Origin: Escherichia coli
GTDB taxonomy: Bacteria > Pseudomonadota > Gammaproteobacteria > Enterobacterales > Enterobacteriaceae
Assembly: GCF_041248615.1 (NCBI RefSeq)
Contig: NZ_CP158426.1
Direction: 5' to 3' (one strand)
DNA length: 64,000 nucleotides
Of this stretch, positions 25,986-38,208 are shown in pieces; the stretch's first letter is position 1; each line of letters opens with the position of its first letter. A program made the position numbers and the translations under genes. The notes below the pieces were generated by a model. That model was not told where the DNA came from and did no database searches. It was given only the letters and a program-made list of their open reading frames with translations.

Positions 25986-27071
25986 ATGACATTACTCGCT
26001 TCGCTGCGTGACTGGCTTAAGGCGCAACAACTGGATGCGGTGCTTCTCTCCTCACGGCAGAACAAACAGCCGCATCTGGGGATCTCCACCGGATCAGGCT
26101 ATGTGCTGATTAGCCGTGAAAGTGCGCACATTCTGGTGGATTCGCGCTATTACGCGGATGTAGAAGCCCGCACGCAAGGCTACCAGCTGCATTTGCTTGA
26201 CGCGACGCACACGCTTGCAACCATCGCCAGGCAAATCATTGCCGATGAGCAGTTGCAAACGCTCGGTTTTGAAGGCCAGCAGGTGTGTTGGGAAACCGCG
26301 CACCGCTGGCAGTCTGAACTCAATGCGAAACTGGTTAGCGCCACGCCGGATGTGCTGCGGCAAATCAAAACGCCAGAGGAGGTGGAGAAAATCCGCCTCG
26401 CCTGTGGGATTGCCGATCGCGGTGCTGAGCATATTCGCCGCTTTATTCAGGCGGGGATGAGCGAGCGCGAGATAGCCGCTGAACTGGAGTGGTTTATGCG
26501 CCAGCAGGGCGCAGAAAAAGCCTCTTTCGATACCATTGTCGCCAGTGGCTGGCGTGGGGCGCTGCCGCACGGCAAAGCCAGCGACAAGATTGTTGCAGCG
26601 GGCGAGTTTGTCACTCTCGATTTCGGTGCGCTCTATCAGGGTTACTGCTCTGATATGACGCGTACCTTGCTTGTGAATGGCGAAGGGGTGAGCGCCGAAT
26701 TTCACCCGCTGTTTGACGTCTATCAGATTGTTTTGCAGGCACAGCTCGCAGCAATCTCCTCGATTCGCCCCGGCGTGCGCTGCCAGCAGGTTGACGACGC
26801 CGCGCGCCGGGTGATTACCGAGGCTGGATTTGGCGACTATTTCGGTCATAACACCGGTCATGCCATCGGTATTGAAGTCCATGAAGATCCGCGTTTTTCA
26901 CCGCGGGACACCACGACGCTACAGCCAGGAATGTTACTGACCGTGGAGCCGGGGATTTATTTGCCAGGGCAAGGGGGCGTGCGCATCGAAGATGTTGTGC
27001 TGGTCACCCCGCAAGGCGCAGAAGTGCTCTACGCCATGCCGAAAACAGTGTTGCTCACGGGAGAGGCATAA
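25986..27071 (+). CDS. ypdF: Xaa-Pro aminopeptidase (M24 family)
   Basis: 361-aa ORF, recognised as YpdF; embedded in the fry operon. Confidence 0.85.
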   Translation: MTLLASLRDWLKAQQLDAVLLSSRQNKQPHLGISTGSGYVLISRESAHILVDSRYYADVEARTQGYQLHLLDATHTLATIARQIIADEQLQTLGFEGQQVCWETAHRWQSELNAKLVSATPDVLRQIKTPEEVEKIRLACGIADRGAEHIRRFIQAGMSEREIAAELEWFMRQQGAEKASFDTIVASGWRGALPHGKASDKIVAAGEFVTLDFGALYQGYCSDMTRTLLVNGEGVSAEFHPLFDVYQIVLQAQLAAISSIRPGVRCQQVDDAARRVITEAGFGDYFGHNTGHAIGIEVHEDPRFSPRDTTTLQPGMLLTVEPGIYLPGQGGVRIEDVVLVTPQGAEVLYAMPKTVLLTGEA

Positions 27072-28108
27072 TGGATTTATCGTTATTAAAAGCGTTGAGC
27101 GAGGCAGATGCGATCGCCTCCTCGGAACAGGAAGTACGGCAGATCCTGCTGGAAGAAGCGGATCGCCTGCAAAAAGAAGTGCGATTTGATGGGCTGGGAT
27201 CGGTGCTGATCCGCCTCAATGAATCGACAGGTCCGAAGGTGATGATCTGTGCGCATATGGACGAAGTGGGATTTATGGTGCGCAGCATCTCCCGCGAAGG
27301 GGCGATCGATGTGTTGCCGGTTGGCAATGTACGCATGGCTGCCCGCCAGCTTCAGTCGGTGCGTATCACTACCCGTGAAGAGTGCAAAATTCCAGGCCTG
27401 CTTGACGGCGACCGGCAGGGGAATGATGTCAGCGCCATGCGCGTGGACATTGGTGCGCGCTCGTATGACGAAGTGATGCAGGCGGGAATTCGTCCAGGCG
27501 ATCGCGTCACCTTCGATACCACTTTTCAGGTCCTCCCTCACCAGCGGGTGATGGGGAAAGCTTTTGATGACCGCCTCGGTTGTTATCTGCTGGTGACGTT
27601 ACTGCGCGAGCTGCACGACGCCAAACTGCCTGCGGAAGTGTGGCTGGTGGCAAGTTCCAGCGAAGAGGTGGGATTACGCGGCGGGCAAACTGCCACCCGC
27701 GCGGTGTCGCCGGACGTCGCCATTGTGCTTGATACCGCCTGCTGGGCGAAAAACTTTGATTATGGCGCGGCTAACCATCGTCAGATTGGTAACGGGCCGA
27801 TGCTGGTGTTAAGCGATAAATCGCTGATTGCGCCGCCAAAACTTACCGCGTGGATTGAAACCGTGGCGGCAGAAATTGGCGTGCCGTTGCAGGCGGATAT
27901 GTTCAGCAACGGTGGCACGGACGGTGGGGCGGTGCACTTAACCGGCACTGGCGTACCCACAGTGGTGATGGGGCCTGCCACCCGCCACGGACATTGCGCG
28001 GCATCGATTGCCGATTGCCGTGACATTTTGCAGATGCAGCAGCTTTTATCTGCCCTTATTCAACGTCTTACGCGTGAGACGGTTGTTCAACTGACGGATT
28101 TCAGATGA
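27071..28108 (+). CDS. ypdE: M42-family aminopeptidase
   Basis: 345-aa ORF whose start overlaps the ypdF stop by 1 nt. Confidence 0.85.
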   Translation: MDLSLLKALSEADAIASSEQEVRQILLEEADRLQKEVRFDGLGSVLIRLNESTGPKVMICAHMDEVGFMVRSISREGAIDVLPVGNVRMAARQLQSVRITTREECKIPGLLDGDRQGNDVSAMRVDIGARSYDEVMQAGIRPGDRVTFDTTFQVLPHQRVMGKAFDDRLGCYLLVTLLRELHDAKLPAEVWLVASSSEEVGLRGGQTATRAVSPDVAIVLDTACWAKNFDYGAANHRQIGNGPMLVLSDKSLIAPPKLTAWIETVAAEIGVPLQADMFSNGGTDGGAVHLTGTGVPTVVMGPATRHGHCAASIADCRDILQMQQLLSALIQRLTRETVVQLTDFR

Positions 28109-28132
28109 TCTCCTGATTAACCCGGAGCGGTT

Positions 28133-30628
28133 ATGTTAACGATTCAATTTCTCTGTCCTTTGCCTAACGGTATTCATGCTCGTCCGGCGTGGGAACTTAA
28201 AGAACAGTGCAGCCAGTGGCAAAGCGAAATCACTTTTATTAACCATCGCCAGAACGCAAAGGCCGATGCGAAAAGTTCGCTGGCGCTGATTGGCACCGGC
28301 ACTTTATTTAATGACAGTTGCAGCCTGAACATTAGCGGCAGCGATGAAGAGCAGGCGCGGCGCGTGCTGGAAGAGTACATCCAGGTGCGCTTTATCGACA
28401 GCGACAGCGTCCAGCCAACGCAGGCAGAACTGACGGCGCATCCGCTGCCGCGTTCATTAAGCCGTCTGAATCCTGATTTATTGTACGGCAATGTGCTGGC
28501 AAGCGGCGTCGGCGTGGGTACGCTGACCCTGTTACAGAGCGACAGCCTCGACAGTTATCGGGCCATCCCGGCCAGTGCGCAAGACTCCACCCGGCTGGAG
28601 CACAGCCTGGCAACGCTTGCCGAGCAACTGAACCAGCAGCTGCGTGAGCGTGACGGCGAAAGCAAAACTATCCTCAGCGCCCATTTGTCGCTGATTCAGG
28701 ATGATGAATTTGCAGGCAATATCCGTCGCCTTATGGCAGAACAGCATCAGGGGCTGGGGGCGGCGATCATCAGCAATATGGAGCAGGTTTGCGCCAAACT
28801 ATCTGCTTCTGCCAGCGATTATCTGCGCGAGCGGGTCAGCGACATTCGCGATATCAGCGAACAGTTGCTGCATATCACCTGGCCGGAACTGAAGCCGCGC
28901 AACAATCTGGTGCTGGAAAAACCGACTATTCTGGTGGCCGAGGATTTAACCCCAAGCCAGTTTTTGAGCCTCGATTTAAAAAATCTTGCGGGCATGATTC
29001 TGGAGAAAACCGGGCGCACCTCGCATACCCTGATTCTGGCCCGTGCCTCGGCGATCCCGGTTCTTAGCGGCCTGCCGCTGGATGCGATCGCGCGCTATGC
29101 CGGGCAACCGGCGGTGCTTGACGCCCAGTGCGGTGTGCTGGCGATTAACCCGAATGACGCGGTGAGCGGTTATTATCAGGTCGCGCAGACGCTGGCGGAT
29201 AAACGCCAAAAACAACAGGCGCAGGCTGCCGCGCAGCTGGCCTATTCCCGTGATAACAAGCGTATTGATATTGCGGCGAATATCGGCACCGCTCTGGAAG
29301 CGCCAGGCGCGTTTGCCAACGGCGCGGAAGGCGTTGGGCTGTTTCGTACCGAAATGCTCTATATGGAGCGCGACAGCGCGCCGGACGAGCAGGAGCAATT
29401 TGAAGCCTACCAGCAGGTGCTACTGGCAGCGGGCGACAAGCCGATTATCTTCCGCACAATGGACATCGGCGGCGATAAAAGCATTCCTTATCTGAATATT
29501 CCCCAGGAAGAGAACCCGTTCCTCGGCTATCGTGCGGTACGAATTTACCCGGAATTTGCTGGCCTGTTCCGCACTCAACTGCGGGCCATTTTGCGCGCCG
29601 CCAGTTTCGGCAACGCCCAGTTGATGATCCCAATGGTTCACAGCCTCGATCAGATCTTATGGGTGAAGGGCGAGATCCAAAAAGCGATCGTTGAGCTTAA
29701 GCGCGATGGCCTGCGTCATGCAGAGACGATTACGCTGGGTATCATGGTGGAAGTGCCGTCGGTGTGCTACATCATCGATCACTTCTGCGATGAGGTAGAT
29801 TTCTTCAGTATCGGTTCTAACGATATGACCCAGTATCTGTATGCGGTCGATCGTAATAACCCGCGCGTATCGCCGCTGTATAACCCGATTACGCCATCGT
29901 TCCTGCGCATGTTGCAGCAGATTATTACCACTGCGCATCAGCGGGGTAAATGGGTAGGCATTTGCGGTGAACTGGGCGGTGAAAGCCGTTATCTGCCGCT
30001 ACTGCTTGGGCTGGGCCTGGACGAGTTAAGTATGAGTAGCCCGCGCATTCCGGCGGTGAAAAGCCAGCTTCGTCAACTGGATAGCGAGGCGTGTCGGGAA
30101 CTGGCGCGTCAGGCATGTGAATGCCGCAGCGCGCAGGAAATTGAAGCGTTACTCACCGCCTTTACGCCGGAAGAAGACGTTCGCCCACTGCTGGCGCTGG
30201 AGAATATCTTTGTTGATCAGTCCTTTAGCAATAAAGAGCAGGCGATCCAGTTCCTGTGCGGTAACCTCGGCGTTAACGGGCGCACTGAACATCCGTTCGA
30301 GCTGGAAGAGGATGTCTGGCAGCGGGAAGAGATTGTTACCACAGGCGTTGGTTTTGGCGTAGCGATCCCGCACACCAAATCTCAGTGGATCCGTCATTCC
30401 AGTATCAGCATTGCCCGGCTAGTGAAACCGGTTGACTGGCAGTCAGAAATGGGCGAAGTCGAACTGGTGATCATGCTGACACTGGGCGCTAACGAAGGGA
30501 TGAATCATGTGAAAGTCTTCTCGCAGCTGGCGCGTAAACTGGTGAATAAAAACTTCCGCCAGTCGCTGTTCGCCGCGCAAGATGCGCAAAGCATCCTGAC
30601 GCTGCTGGAAACGGAATTAACCTTCTGA
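28133..30628 (+). CDS. fryA: PTS multiphosphoryl transfer protein (HPr-EI-IIA fusion)
   Basis: 831 aa; N-terminal HPr-like LHARPA motif, central enzyme I-like domain, C-terminal IIA-like domain. Confidence 0.9.
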   Translation: MLTIQFLCPLPNGIHARPAWELKEQCSQWQSEITFINHRQNAKADAKSSLALIGTGTLFNDSCSLNISGSDEEQARRVLEEYIQVRFIDSDSVQPTQAELTAHPLPRSLSRLNPDLLYGNVLASGVGVGTLTLLQSDSLDSYRAIPASAQDSTRLEHSLATLAEQLNQQLRERDGESKTILSAHLSLIQDDEFAGNIRRLMAEQHQGLGAAIISNMEQVCAKLSASASDYLRERVSDIRDISEQLLHITWPELKPRNNLVLEKPTILVAEDLTPSQFLSLDLKNLAGMILEKTGRTSHTLILARASAIPVLSGLPLDAIARYAGQPAVLDAQCGVLAINPNDAVSGYYQVAQTLADKRQKQQAQAAAQLAYSRDNKRIDIAANIGTALEAPGAFANGAEGVGLFRTEMLYMERDSAPDEQEQFEAYQQVLLAAGDKPIIFRTMDIGGDKSIPYLNIPQEENPFLGYRAVRIYPEFAGLFRTQLRAILRAASFGNAQLMIPMVHSLDQILWVKGEIQKAIVELKRDGLRHAETITLGIMVEVPSVCYIIDHFCDEVDFFSIGSNDMTQYLYAVDRNNPRVSPLYNPITPSFLRMLQQIITTAHQRGKWVGICGELGGESRYLPLLLGLGLDELSMSSPRIPAVKSQLRQLDSEACRELARQACECRSAQEIEALLTAFTPEEDVRPLLALENIFVDQSFSNKEQAIQFLCGNLGVNGRTEHPFELEEDVWQREEIVTTGVGFGVAIPHTKSQWIRHSSISIARLVKPVDWQSEMGEVELVIMLTLGANEGMNHVKVFSQLARKLVNKNFRQSLFAAQDAQSILTLLETELTF

Positions 30629-30630
30629 AG

Positions 30631-31488
30631 TTAGCCCTGAAAGCGGGCGCTGTACTCTCCCGGCGTCAGACCAAACTGACGCCGGAAGACGCGACAAAAA
30701 TAATCGCTATCCGGAAAACCGCAACGCTGCGCCACTTCATGAATCGACAGATGATATTTCTGCAAAATCATCCTCGCCTTCGCCATTCGCACCCAGCGAA
30801 CATACTCGATAAAACGCATCGTCCCATGTTGGGCAAACAGTTTTGACAGATGATTGGGCGTGATATTAAAAAACTGCGCCACGCTCTCGCGGGTGAGCGG
30901 CTGGGCATAATTATCCTGAACCCAGTTACAAATGCTGTGATAGAGAAAATCGCTGCGCGGCTGCGAATTGCCCGGTGGCATATTCACCACGTTGCGGCAA
31001 AGATGCAGCAAACTTAACACCAGTGGCTGAATGATATTCTGCTCCAGCGGTGAACGGCTAAGATGGGTGAGGGCGGTAAGCATCGCTTCACCTTCACCGC
31101 GTTGCAGGCTGGGAAGCTGGATCTGGCGAGCAGGATGCAACAACGACGTGGTGCGGCTATCGTAAAACGATAACCCAAGCCAGGTCGGAGCGAACACCAG
31201 GCTTAACAGCATCACCGGTTTGTTGTTGACCGGTAAATTAGCCGCGCGTGCCGGAATAAACAGCATTTCTCCTTCCACCATACGTTGCTGCTTTGCTTCC
31301 AGCAGATTGCCGTATTCGCCGCGTAGCACGATATCCAGACGGGGAAAATCAATACATAAACTGCCCACTGGCAATGAGGCAGGCTGGCTGGCAAACCAGA
31401 CGCGCCCAAGTAGTTGCGGGTTAAGCACCAGGCCGCTGAACAGATCGGCGAAAAATTGTTGATCGGCGGGCAAGCCTGGTGCTTTCAT
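30631..31488 (-). CDS. ypdC: AraC-family transcriptional regulator
   Basis: 285 aa with C-terminal AraC-type HTH. Confidence 0.8.
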   Translation of the reverse strand: MKAPGLPADQQFFADLFSGLVLNPQLLGRVWFASQPASLPVGSLCIDFPRLDIVLRGEYGNLLEAKQQRMVEGEMLFIPARAANLPVNNKPVMLLSLVFAPTWLGLSFYDSRTTSLLHPARQIQLPSLQRGEGEAMLTALTHLSRSPLEQNIIQPLVLSLLHLCRNVVNMPPGNSQPRSDFLYHSICNWVQDNYAQPLTRESVAQFFNITPNHLSKLFAQHGTMRFIEYVRWVRMAKARMILQKYHLSIHEVAQRCGFPDSDYFCRVFRRQFGLTPGEYSARFQG

Positions 31489-31500
31489 GAAAGTTCCCGA

Positions 31501-32235
31501 TTAAAGATGCATTAACTGGCGGAATTCTTTAACTTTGCTGCGGCTGACTGGCACTTCAAAATCCAGATCTTTCAGCCGCAGAATATAGGTGTTATTAAAC
31601 CACGGTTCGATCTCGCGGATTTTGTTCAGATTGACACAAAATGAGCGATGGCAGCGGAAAAAATGCGACGGCGGCAGCTTGCTGCAAAACTCGGTAATGT
31701 TCATCGGCATTACGTAGGATTCACGCCGCGTATAGACAAAGGTCATTTTCTCGTGCGCTTCGGCGTAATAGATATCGTTAATTGGCGTGACAATGATTCG
31801 CTCATCTTTCACCAGATTAATGGTGTCATTCTCACGCGTTACCGTCGTGGCAGGCGTACTGCTGGTCTGCTGTTGTTGCCAGGCCGCTTCCAGTTTTTGC
31901 AGCATCCCGGTAATGCGTGACTCCTGATACGGTTTGAGAATGTAGTCAAACGCTTCCAGTTCAAATGCTTCTACCGCATGTTCTTTCCACGCGGTGATGA
32001 ACACAATAAACGGTTTATGGGCGAACTGGCTGATGTTTTGCGCCAGCAACACGCCATCCAGCGACGGAATATTGATATCCAGAAAAATGGCGTCGACGCG
32101 GTTATGCTGCAAAAACTTCAACACGTCCAGACCGTCGTCAAAGGTGCCGACAATCTCCATCTGGCTGTGCTCTTTAATTAGCCAGCTCAGTTCCTGTTGT
32201 GCCAGGAATTCGTCTTCAACAATGATGACTTTCAC
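31501..32235 (-). CDS. ypdB: LytTR-type response regulator
   Basis: 244 aa if started at the GTG giving VKVIIVEDEF; the track uses an upstream TTG (32253) that would overlap ypdA. Confidence 0.8.
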   Translation of the reverse strand: MKVIIVEDEFLAQQELSWLIKEHSQMEIVGTFDDGLDVLKFLQHNRVDAIFLDINIPSLDGVLLAQNISQFAHKPFIVFITAWKEHAVEAFELEAFDYILKPYQESRITGMLQKLEAAWQQQQTSSTPATTVTRENDTINLVKDERIIVTPINDIYYAEAHEKMTFVYTRRESYVMPMNITEFCSKLPPSHFFRCHRSFCVNLNKIREIEPWFNNTYILRLKDLDFEVPVSRSKVKEFRQLMHL

Positions 32236-32249
32236 AATATCACTCCGGC

Positions 32250-33947
32250 TCAAAGCAATAACGTAGCCTGTGAGGCGACTGGGGTGCGTTGGTTAGGAAT
32301 GTAAAACGCAATTTCCGTCCCCGGTTCCAGGCGGCGGATATGCAGCCCCTCGCCATACAATAACTTCACGCGATGATGGACATTCAGCAGGCCAATTTTA
32401 TTGCCCGGCATTTCGTTCGCTTCGACCCGCTCAATCACCTTTGGATCGATGCCGTGCCCGGTATCTCGCACCGCAATACGTACCCGATTACCGCACTCTG
32501 CAACGCTGATGGTGACAACGCCTTTACCTTTGCAAGGCTGGATACCGTGGACAATGGCGTTTTCCACCAACGGCTGGATCAGCAGGCTGGGAATGCAGCA
32601 ATTCACCTCTTCATCAATATCATAGATAACCGTCAGCTTGTCGCCAAAGCGGGCCTGCTCAATGGCAATATAGTCTTTAATTTGATACAGCTCTTTTTTG
32701 ATATCGATTTGCTCATCGTCTTTTAATTCAATGTTATAGCGCAGATAACGCGACAGATTAAAGATCAGCTGGCGAGCGGTATCCGGATTCAGACGGATTG
32801 ACGATGAAATAGCGTTCAAAGCGTTAAACAGGAAATGGGGATTAATTTTGCTTTGCAGGGCGCGAAGCTCTGCCTTATTTGCCATTTCACGTAGCTGCTC
32901 GGCGCGTGAAACCTCCAGTTGCGTGGAGATGATTTGCGACAGACCGACCGCCATTTCCTGTAATGATGACGTAATCTGATGCGCGTGGCAGTAGTAAATT
33001 TTCAGTGTTCCGGTCACAACGCCTTTCTCCCACAATGGGATCACCAGCATGGAATGAATCTCTGGTGTGCGGTGGGCTTCATCATTGTTTTTAATGATGA
33101 TTTTTCCGTAATTCATCGCCTGTCGGGTAGTCGGGCTAATGAAGTCATCGCCATTCTGATAGTTGTGTTCACCCACGCCAACATAGGCCAGCACATGATC
33201 GGTATTGGTAATCGCCACCGCATCGGCATGAATATCATCGCGGATAATTTCACAAACTTTGCGTAATGACTCGCTATTGACATGGCGAAACAGCGGCAGC
33301 GTTTTGTTGGCGATATCCAGCGCCAGCTTGGCCTGCCGCGCGGCGCTGGCCTCTTTTTCGCCCTCAACGCTTTGCACCAGCAGCACAATAAAGCCGATAC
33401 AGACGCTACCGAGGATCATTGGAATCCCGATTTTAGAGACGATATCGATCCCCAATGCGGTAGTTGGTGCCCAGACAATCACCAGAATCATGGTCAACGT
33501 TTCACACAACATGCCGCCGAGAATACCGACGCGCCAGCGCTGTGCTTTGGGGATTTTCAGGTTGATCCAGCCCGATATACAACCCGCCAGAATGCTGGTG
33601 ATAAAGCAGGGGATTGCCGTCACGCCGCCGATATCAATTAAATAACGGTGAATACCTGCGATCACGCCGGTAATAATGCCTACCCACGGGCCAAACAGAA
33701 TCCCGCCTGACATCACCGCGATAATACGAACGTTCACCAGCGAGCCTTCTACGGGAACGCCGGACCAGGTGCTGAACAGGGCGAACAGCGAGAAAATGGC
33801 GGTAACAGCGAGCAGCTCTTTTGGGGAGTGCGCCGACTTGTGCAACAGTTCGCGAAACAGGCGGATACGGATGAGAAAGAACAGGCAGATAAGCATTAAC
33901 GCTGCCCGATCGAAGACCGCCAGCAGCATGTTGAATATTTCGTGCAC
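32250..33947 (-). CDS. ypdA: LytS-type sensor histidine kinase
   Basis: 565 aa with N-terminal multi-TM domain, GAF and HATPase regions; pairs with ypdB. Confidence 0.85.
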
Positions 33948-34323
33948 GGGTGACTCTGAATAAGGATTAAACCTCTATGATAGGTAACCTGAAGGCTGAT
34001 GACCAGCAGGCCGTTTTTGAGGAAAAACCACAATTTTAAAAGGGGATTGAAAGATAAATGGTGTATTAGCAATGCATCTCTTGATAATGCACATCTGCTT
34101 GGTAAATTTATTGAAATTATAATGTTAATAAAATGAGTGGTAATTTTCTTGTTAGCGCAGATAAATTTCCTGTTTTTGAAGTGGAGTTCCTCATTTAAAG
34201 CGATTGATAAAAATGTTCTAAAACGCTGGACAGACAGAAATTAATCAGGCTATTTTCAAAACAGCCACCATCGTGGCAGCGTCGCTCGGACGGTCCGGGC
34301 GCTAACGTTAATCTGAGGAAATT

Positions 34324-35562
34324 ATGGCTGACACTCGCCCTGAACGTCGCTTTACGCGCATTGATCGTCTCCCGCCCTACGTTTTTAATATTACCGCTGA
34401 ACTGAAAATGGCTGCGCGTCGGCGCGGCGAAGATATTATCGATTTCAGTATGGGTAACCCGGACGGTGCGACTCCGCCGCACATCGTCGAAAAATTATGT
34501 ACTGTGGCCCAGCGCCCGGACACGCATGGTTACTCCACGTCACGCGGCATTCCGCGGCTACGTCGCGCCATTTCCCGCTGGTATCAGGATCGCTACGACG
34601 TTGAAATCGACCCGGAATCAGAAGCCATCGTCACTATTGGTTCGAAAGAGGGACTGGCGCATCTGATGCTGGCGACGCTGGATCATGGTGACACGGTGCT
34701 GGTGCCTAATCCAAGCTACCCCATTCATATTTATGGCGCGGTGATTGCAGGGGCGCAGGTACGCTCAGTGCCGCTGGTGGAAGGTGTCGATTTCTTCAAC
34801 GAACTGGAACGCGCCATTCGCGAAAGTTATCCGAAACCGAAGATGATGATCCTCGGCTTCCCGTCGAACCCAACCGCGCAATGCGTGGAACTGGAATTCT
34901 TTGAGAAGGTTGTGGCGCTGGCAAAACGCTACGATGTGCTGGTGGTCCATGACCTGGCCTATGCCGATATCGTCTACGATGGCTGGAAAGCGCCGTCAAT
35001 CATGCAGGTGCCGGGCGCACGCGACGTGGCGGTCGAGTTCTTTACCCTGTCGAAAAGTTACAACATGGCGGGCTGGCGTATCGGCTTTATGGTTGGCAAC
35101 AAAACGCTGGTCAGCGCGTTGGCACGTATTAAAAGCTATCACGATTACGGCACCTTTACGCCGTTGCAGGTGGCAGCGATTGCGGCGCTGGAGGGCGATC
35201 AACAGTGCGTGCGCGACATTGCTGAACAGTACAAACGCCGCCGTGATGTACTGGTAAAAGGGCTGCATGAAGCGGGCTGGATGGTCGAAATGCCGAAGGC
35301 TTCGATGTATGTCTGGGCGAAAATCCCGGAACCGTATGCTGCCATGGGCTCGCTGGAATTTGCCAAGAAGCTGCTGAACGAAGCGAAGGTCTGTGTCTCT
35401 CCGGGGATTGGCTTTGGCGACTACGGCGACACGCATGTTCGCTTTGCACTGATTGAAAACCGCGACCGTATTCGTCAGGCGATTCGTGGAATTAAAGCGA
35501 TGTTCCGTGCCGACAGTTTACTACCCGCCAGCAGCAAACATATTCACGAAAACGCGGAATAA
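34324..35562 (+). CDS. alaC: Glutamate-pyruvate aminotransferase
   Basis: 412-aa PLP-dependent class I/II aminotransferase; formerly yfdZ. Confidence 0.9.
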   Translation: MADTRPERRFTRIDRLPPYVFNITAELKMAARRRGEDIIDFSMGNPDGATPPHIVEKLCTVAQRPDTHGYSTSRGIPRLRRAISRWYQDRYDVEIDPESEAIVTIGSKEGLAHLMLATLDHGDTVLVPNPSYPIHIYGAVIAGAQVRSVPLVEGVDFFNELERAIRESYPKPKMMILGFPSNPTAQCVELEFFEKVVALAKRYDVLVVHDLAYADIVYDGWKAPSIMQVPGARDVAVEFFTLSKSYNMAGWRIGFMVGNKTLVSALARIKSYHDYGTFTPLQVAAIAALEGDQQCVRDIAEQYKRRRDVLVKGLHEAGWMVEMPKASMYVWAKIPEPYAAMGSLEFAKKLLNEAKVCVSPGIGFGDYGDTHVRFALIENRDRIRQAIRGIKAMFRADSLLPASSKHIHENAE

Positions 35563-35583
35563 ACACCATCGCCAGAAATGCAA

Positions 35584-35609
35584 ACAGGAGCCAGATGGCT
35601 CCTGTTTTT
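35584..35609 (+). terminator. Intrinsic terminator after alaC
   Basis: caggagcca-ga-tggctcctg hairpin followed by TTTTT. Confidence 0.65.
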
Positions 35610-35626
35610 CATTGCACAGTTTGCTT

Positions 35627-35698
35627 TTAGATCATCAGGGCAAAAGTACCGGCCCAAACGATGACCATAAAAGAAATGCCCATAAAGAAATATTTCAC
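35627..35698 (-). CDS. ypdK: Small membrane protein YpdK
   Basis: 23 codons (GTG start) giving VKYFFMGISFMVIVWAGTFALMI, matching the K-12 small protein YpdK as I recall it. Confidence 0.55.
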   Translation of the reverse strand: MKYFFMGISFMVIVWAGTFALMI

Positions 35699-36052
35699 TT
35701 TACATCTCTCCGCGTAATTACTGTTACGCCTGAATGACTTCATTACACCTGATACAGTGAGTTGACACCGGGCAAAACGACCTTAAAAGTCCTGTATTTT
35801 ACCGTGGGCATCACCCCAGAATTCTGAGCTAAACTGCTCCAGACGGCGCTAATGTACGCCTAAAACTGAAACGAGACAAGAGGCATTTTCTTATTTACTT
35901 TTAGTAACTTACAGGTGTCTCATATCGGCGACAGTTTAATTTCTGACGGTAATAATTAGAGATTCAGCGAAGGAAAAAACTTAAGAAAAAAGCCATAAAA
36001 ACCATGAGGTTATTATGGCTGATTTGAGGAGGGAAAGAGTAAGAGCAGTTTG

Positions 36053-36973
36053 TTAAATGTATAGCGACGATTCTCCCACCGGGCGCGTTTTAAAGCGACG
36101 GTGGATCCAGAGGTACTGCTCCGGTGCGCGCATGATCTCTTTTTCGATAATCTTGTTCATATAGGCAGCGGCTTGATTTTCATCTGCCGGGTAGCCTTCC
36201 ATCTCTGGGGTGATGTACAAACGATATCCGCTGTAATCCGCTTTTCTTACCATCGTTACGGTTAACATGGCTGCGCCAGAGAGACGTGAAAGGACATACG
36301 TACCATTGGTTGTGGCGACATTTTCCACCGCAAAGAACGGCGCGAAGGAGCTGCCTTTACGACCATAATCCTGATCGGGAGCAAACCATACCGCTTCACC
36401 TTTCTTCAGTGCACCGACAATGCCGCGCAGATTATTTCTGCCGATCATCGCTTTGTTAGAGCGCATGCGCCCACGGGTCTGCACCCATTCCATCAGCTGA
36501 TTATTATGTGGACGATAGGTAGCCATCATTGGTTGGCACAGTCCCATCACGCGGCCGCCCAGTTCCAGCGACATAAAATGGACGCCGACAACCATTACGC
36601 CGCGATTTTGCATTTGTGCGCGTTTAAGGTTATCCAACCCTTCAACATCAAACCATTTACGTACGCGACTGTCGGGCCAGAACCACGCCATGCCGGTTTC
36701 TACCAGCGCCATGCCGAGTGAACGAAAGTTTTCGGCAATCATCTTCTCGCGTTCTTCCGCAGAATGCTGTGGGAAACAAAGTTCCAGGTTTTTACGGGCG
36801 ATAGATTCACGCCGTTTCAGGAATGGTCGCGCCATTGCGCCAATACGCGTGCCGAGAAAGCAGAGAACAGGATAAGGAAGCTGTACCCAAAGCCAGAGTA
36901 CACCAAGCCCAAACCACGTGAGCCAGTAGCGAGGATGCAGAAACTCGCGGGAAAATTTGCATTTTGGAAACAT
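36053..36973 (-). CDS. lpxP: Lipid A palmitoleoyltransferase (cold-induced LpxL paralogue)
   Basis: 306 aa from MFPKCKFSREFLHPRYWLTWFGLG; track start 37039 is an over-extension. Confidence 0.9.
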   Translation of the reverse strand: MFPKCKFSREFLHPRYWLTWFGLGVLWLWVQLPYPVLCFLGTRIGAMARPFLKRRESIARKNLELCFPQHSAEEREKMIAENFRSLGMALVETGMAWFWPDSRVRKWFDVEGLDNLKRAQMQNRGVMVVGVHFMSLELGGRVMGLCQPMMATYRPHNNQLMEWVQTRGRMRSNKAMIGRNNLRGIVGALKKGEAVWFAPDQDYGRKGSSFAPFFAVENVATTNGTYVLSRLSGAAMLTVTMVRKADYSGYRLYITPEMEGYPADENQAAAYMNKIIEKEIMRAPEQYLWIHRRFKTRPVGESSLYI

Positions 36974-37325
36974 AGTTACCTTCTGTAGATACGAATTGTT
37001 GTATCGCAGAAGATTCCATGTCGACAGCGGTACACTCAATTGATTAGGCCATCATGTACGACAATGGTTCCTGTAAAGAGTGTAAAGACTAGTCAGGACA
37101 TAACCACGAGGAGCATGAATGCGGTATCTGTACTTTATCACTCGCTGACTGCTTTCAGCTACTGATTATTAATCGTGCAAAGTAAATATTTTTCCGTACG
37201 CAACAGTCTTGCATTTAACATGCTGTTTTCATTGATGCTTAGCAAAAATTGCCAGAGGTTAAGGATTGTCTTACTATTAAAGTGACTGAAGTTACAGGTT
37301 TTTTAGCGCGGCAGGAGGTTGAGCT

Positions 37326-37568
37326 ATGATTTATTTATGGATGTTTCTCGCCCTGTGTATTGTCTGCGTAAGCGGATACATCGGTCAGGTACTGAACGTG
37401 GTATCGGCGGTCTCTTCTTTCTTCGGCATGGTGATCCTCGCTGCACTCATTTATTACTTCACCATGTGGTTAACTGGCGGTAATGAACTGGTGACGGGGA
37501 TATTTATGTTTCTTGCCCCGGCTTGTGGCTTGATGATTCGCTTTATGGTGGGATATGGCAGGCGGTAG
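37326..37568 (+). CDS. yfdY: DUF2545 small inner membrane protein
   Basis: 80-aa two-TM ORF. Confidence 0.8.
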   Translation: MIYLWMFLALCIVCVSGYIGQVLNVVSAVSSFFGMVILAALIYYFTMWLTGGNELVTGIFMFLAPACGLMIRFMVGYGRR

Positions 37569-37644
37569 TGGGTCAGGATGGCTCATTTGGGCAGGTGTTC
37601 ACATCAGCATCAGACATGATTGTTCACCTGCCGTGTGACAGACG

Positions 37645-37872
37645 CTATCGCACAGGATGGATAAGATAATTCGCCTTTGTCGGAAAAGGGGGCGGAATTT
37701 CTTCTGTGAGGTTTAATGGTGGCGCATCTTCTCTCATTTTTAACAAAATCGCCTGTGATGGCTGAAATTTTGTAGAGTGAGTTGTCGTCATCGCTGACGT
37801 TTTTTCCGTCTCTTTATAGCTCGTCTCACTTCCACCACCAGAAATGGAAAATGCAAAAACATTGCATGCCAT
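37645..37872 (-). pseudogene. ypdI: Probable 5'-truncated ypdI (lipoprotein gene) abutting IS1
   Basis: 75-codon ORF MACNVFAFSISGGGSETSYKETEK... whose upstream frame runs straight into the IS1 left end at 37878; no signal peptide remains. Confidence 0.45.
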
Positions 37873-37932
37873 AATAGGGTGATGCTGCCAACTTACTGAT
37901 TTAGTGTATGATGGTGTTTTTGAGGTGCTCCA

Positions 37933-38208
37933 GTGGCTTCTGTTTCTATCAGCTGTCCCTCCTGTTCAGCTACTGACGGGGTGGTGCGTAACGGCAAAAG
38001 CACCGCCGGACATCAGCGCTATCTCTGCTCTCACTGCCGTAAAACATGGCAACTGCAGTTCACTTACACCGCTTCTCAACCCGGTACGCACCAGAAAATC
38101 ATTGATATGGCCATGAATGGCGTTGGATGCCGGGCAACCGCCCGCATTATGGGCGTTGGCCTCAACACGATTTTCCGCCATTTAAAAAACTCAGGCCGCA
38201 GTCGGTAA
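37933..38208 (+). CDS. insA: IS1 InsA
   Basis: 91 aa [43 protein letters not shown]... Confidence 0.95.
   Translation: MASVSISCPSCSATDGVVRNGKSTAGHQRYLCSHCRKTWQLQFTYTASQPGTHQKIIDMAMNGVGCRATARIMGVGLNTIFRHLKNSGRSR

Noticed and set aside
26094-26882. 262-aa ORF on the minus strand
   Set aside because: Antisense to ypdF; an open-frame artefact with no recognisable similarity
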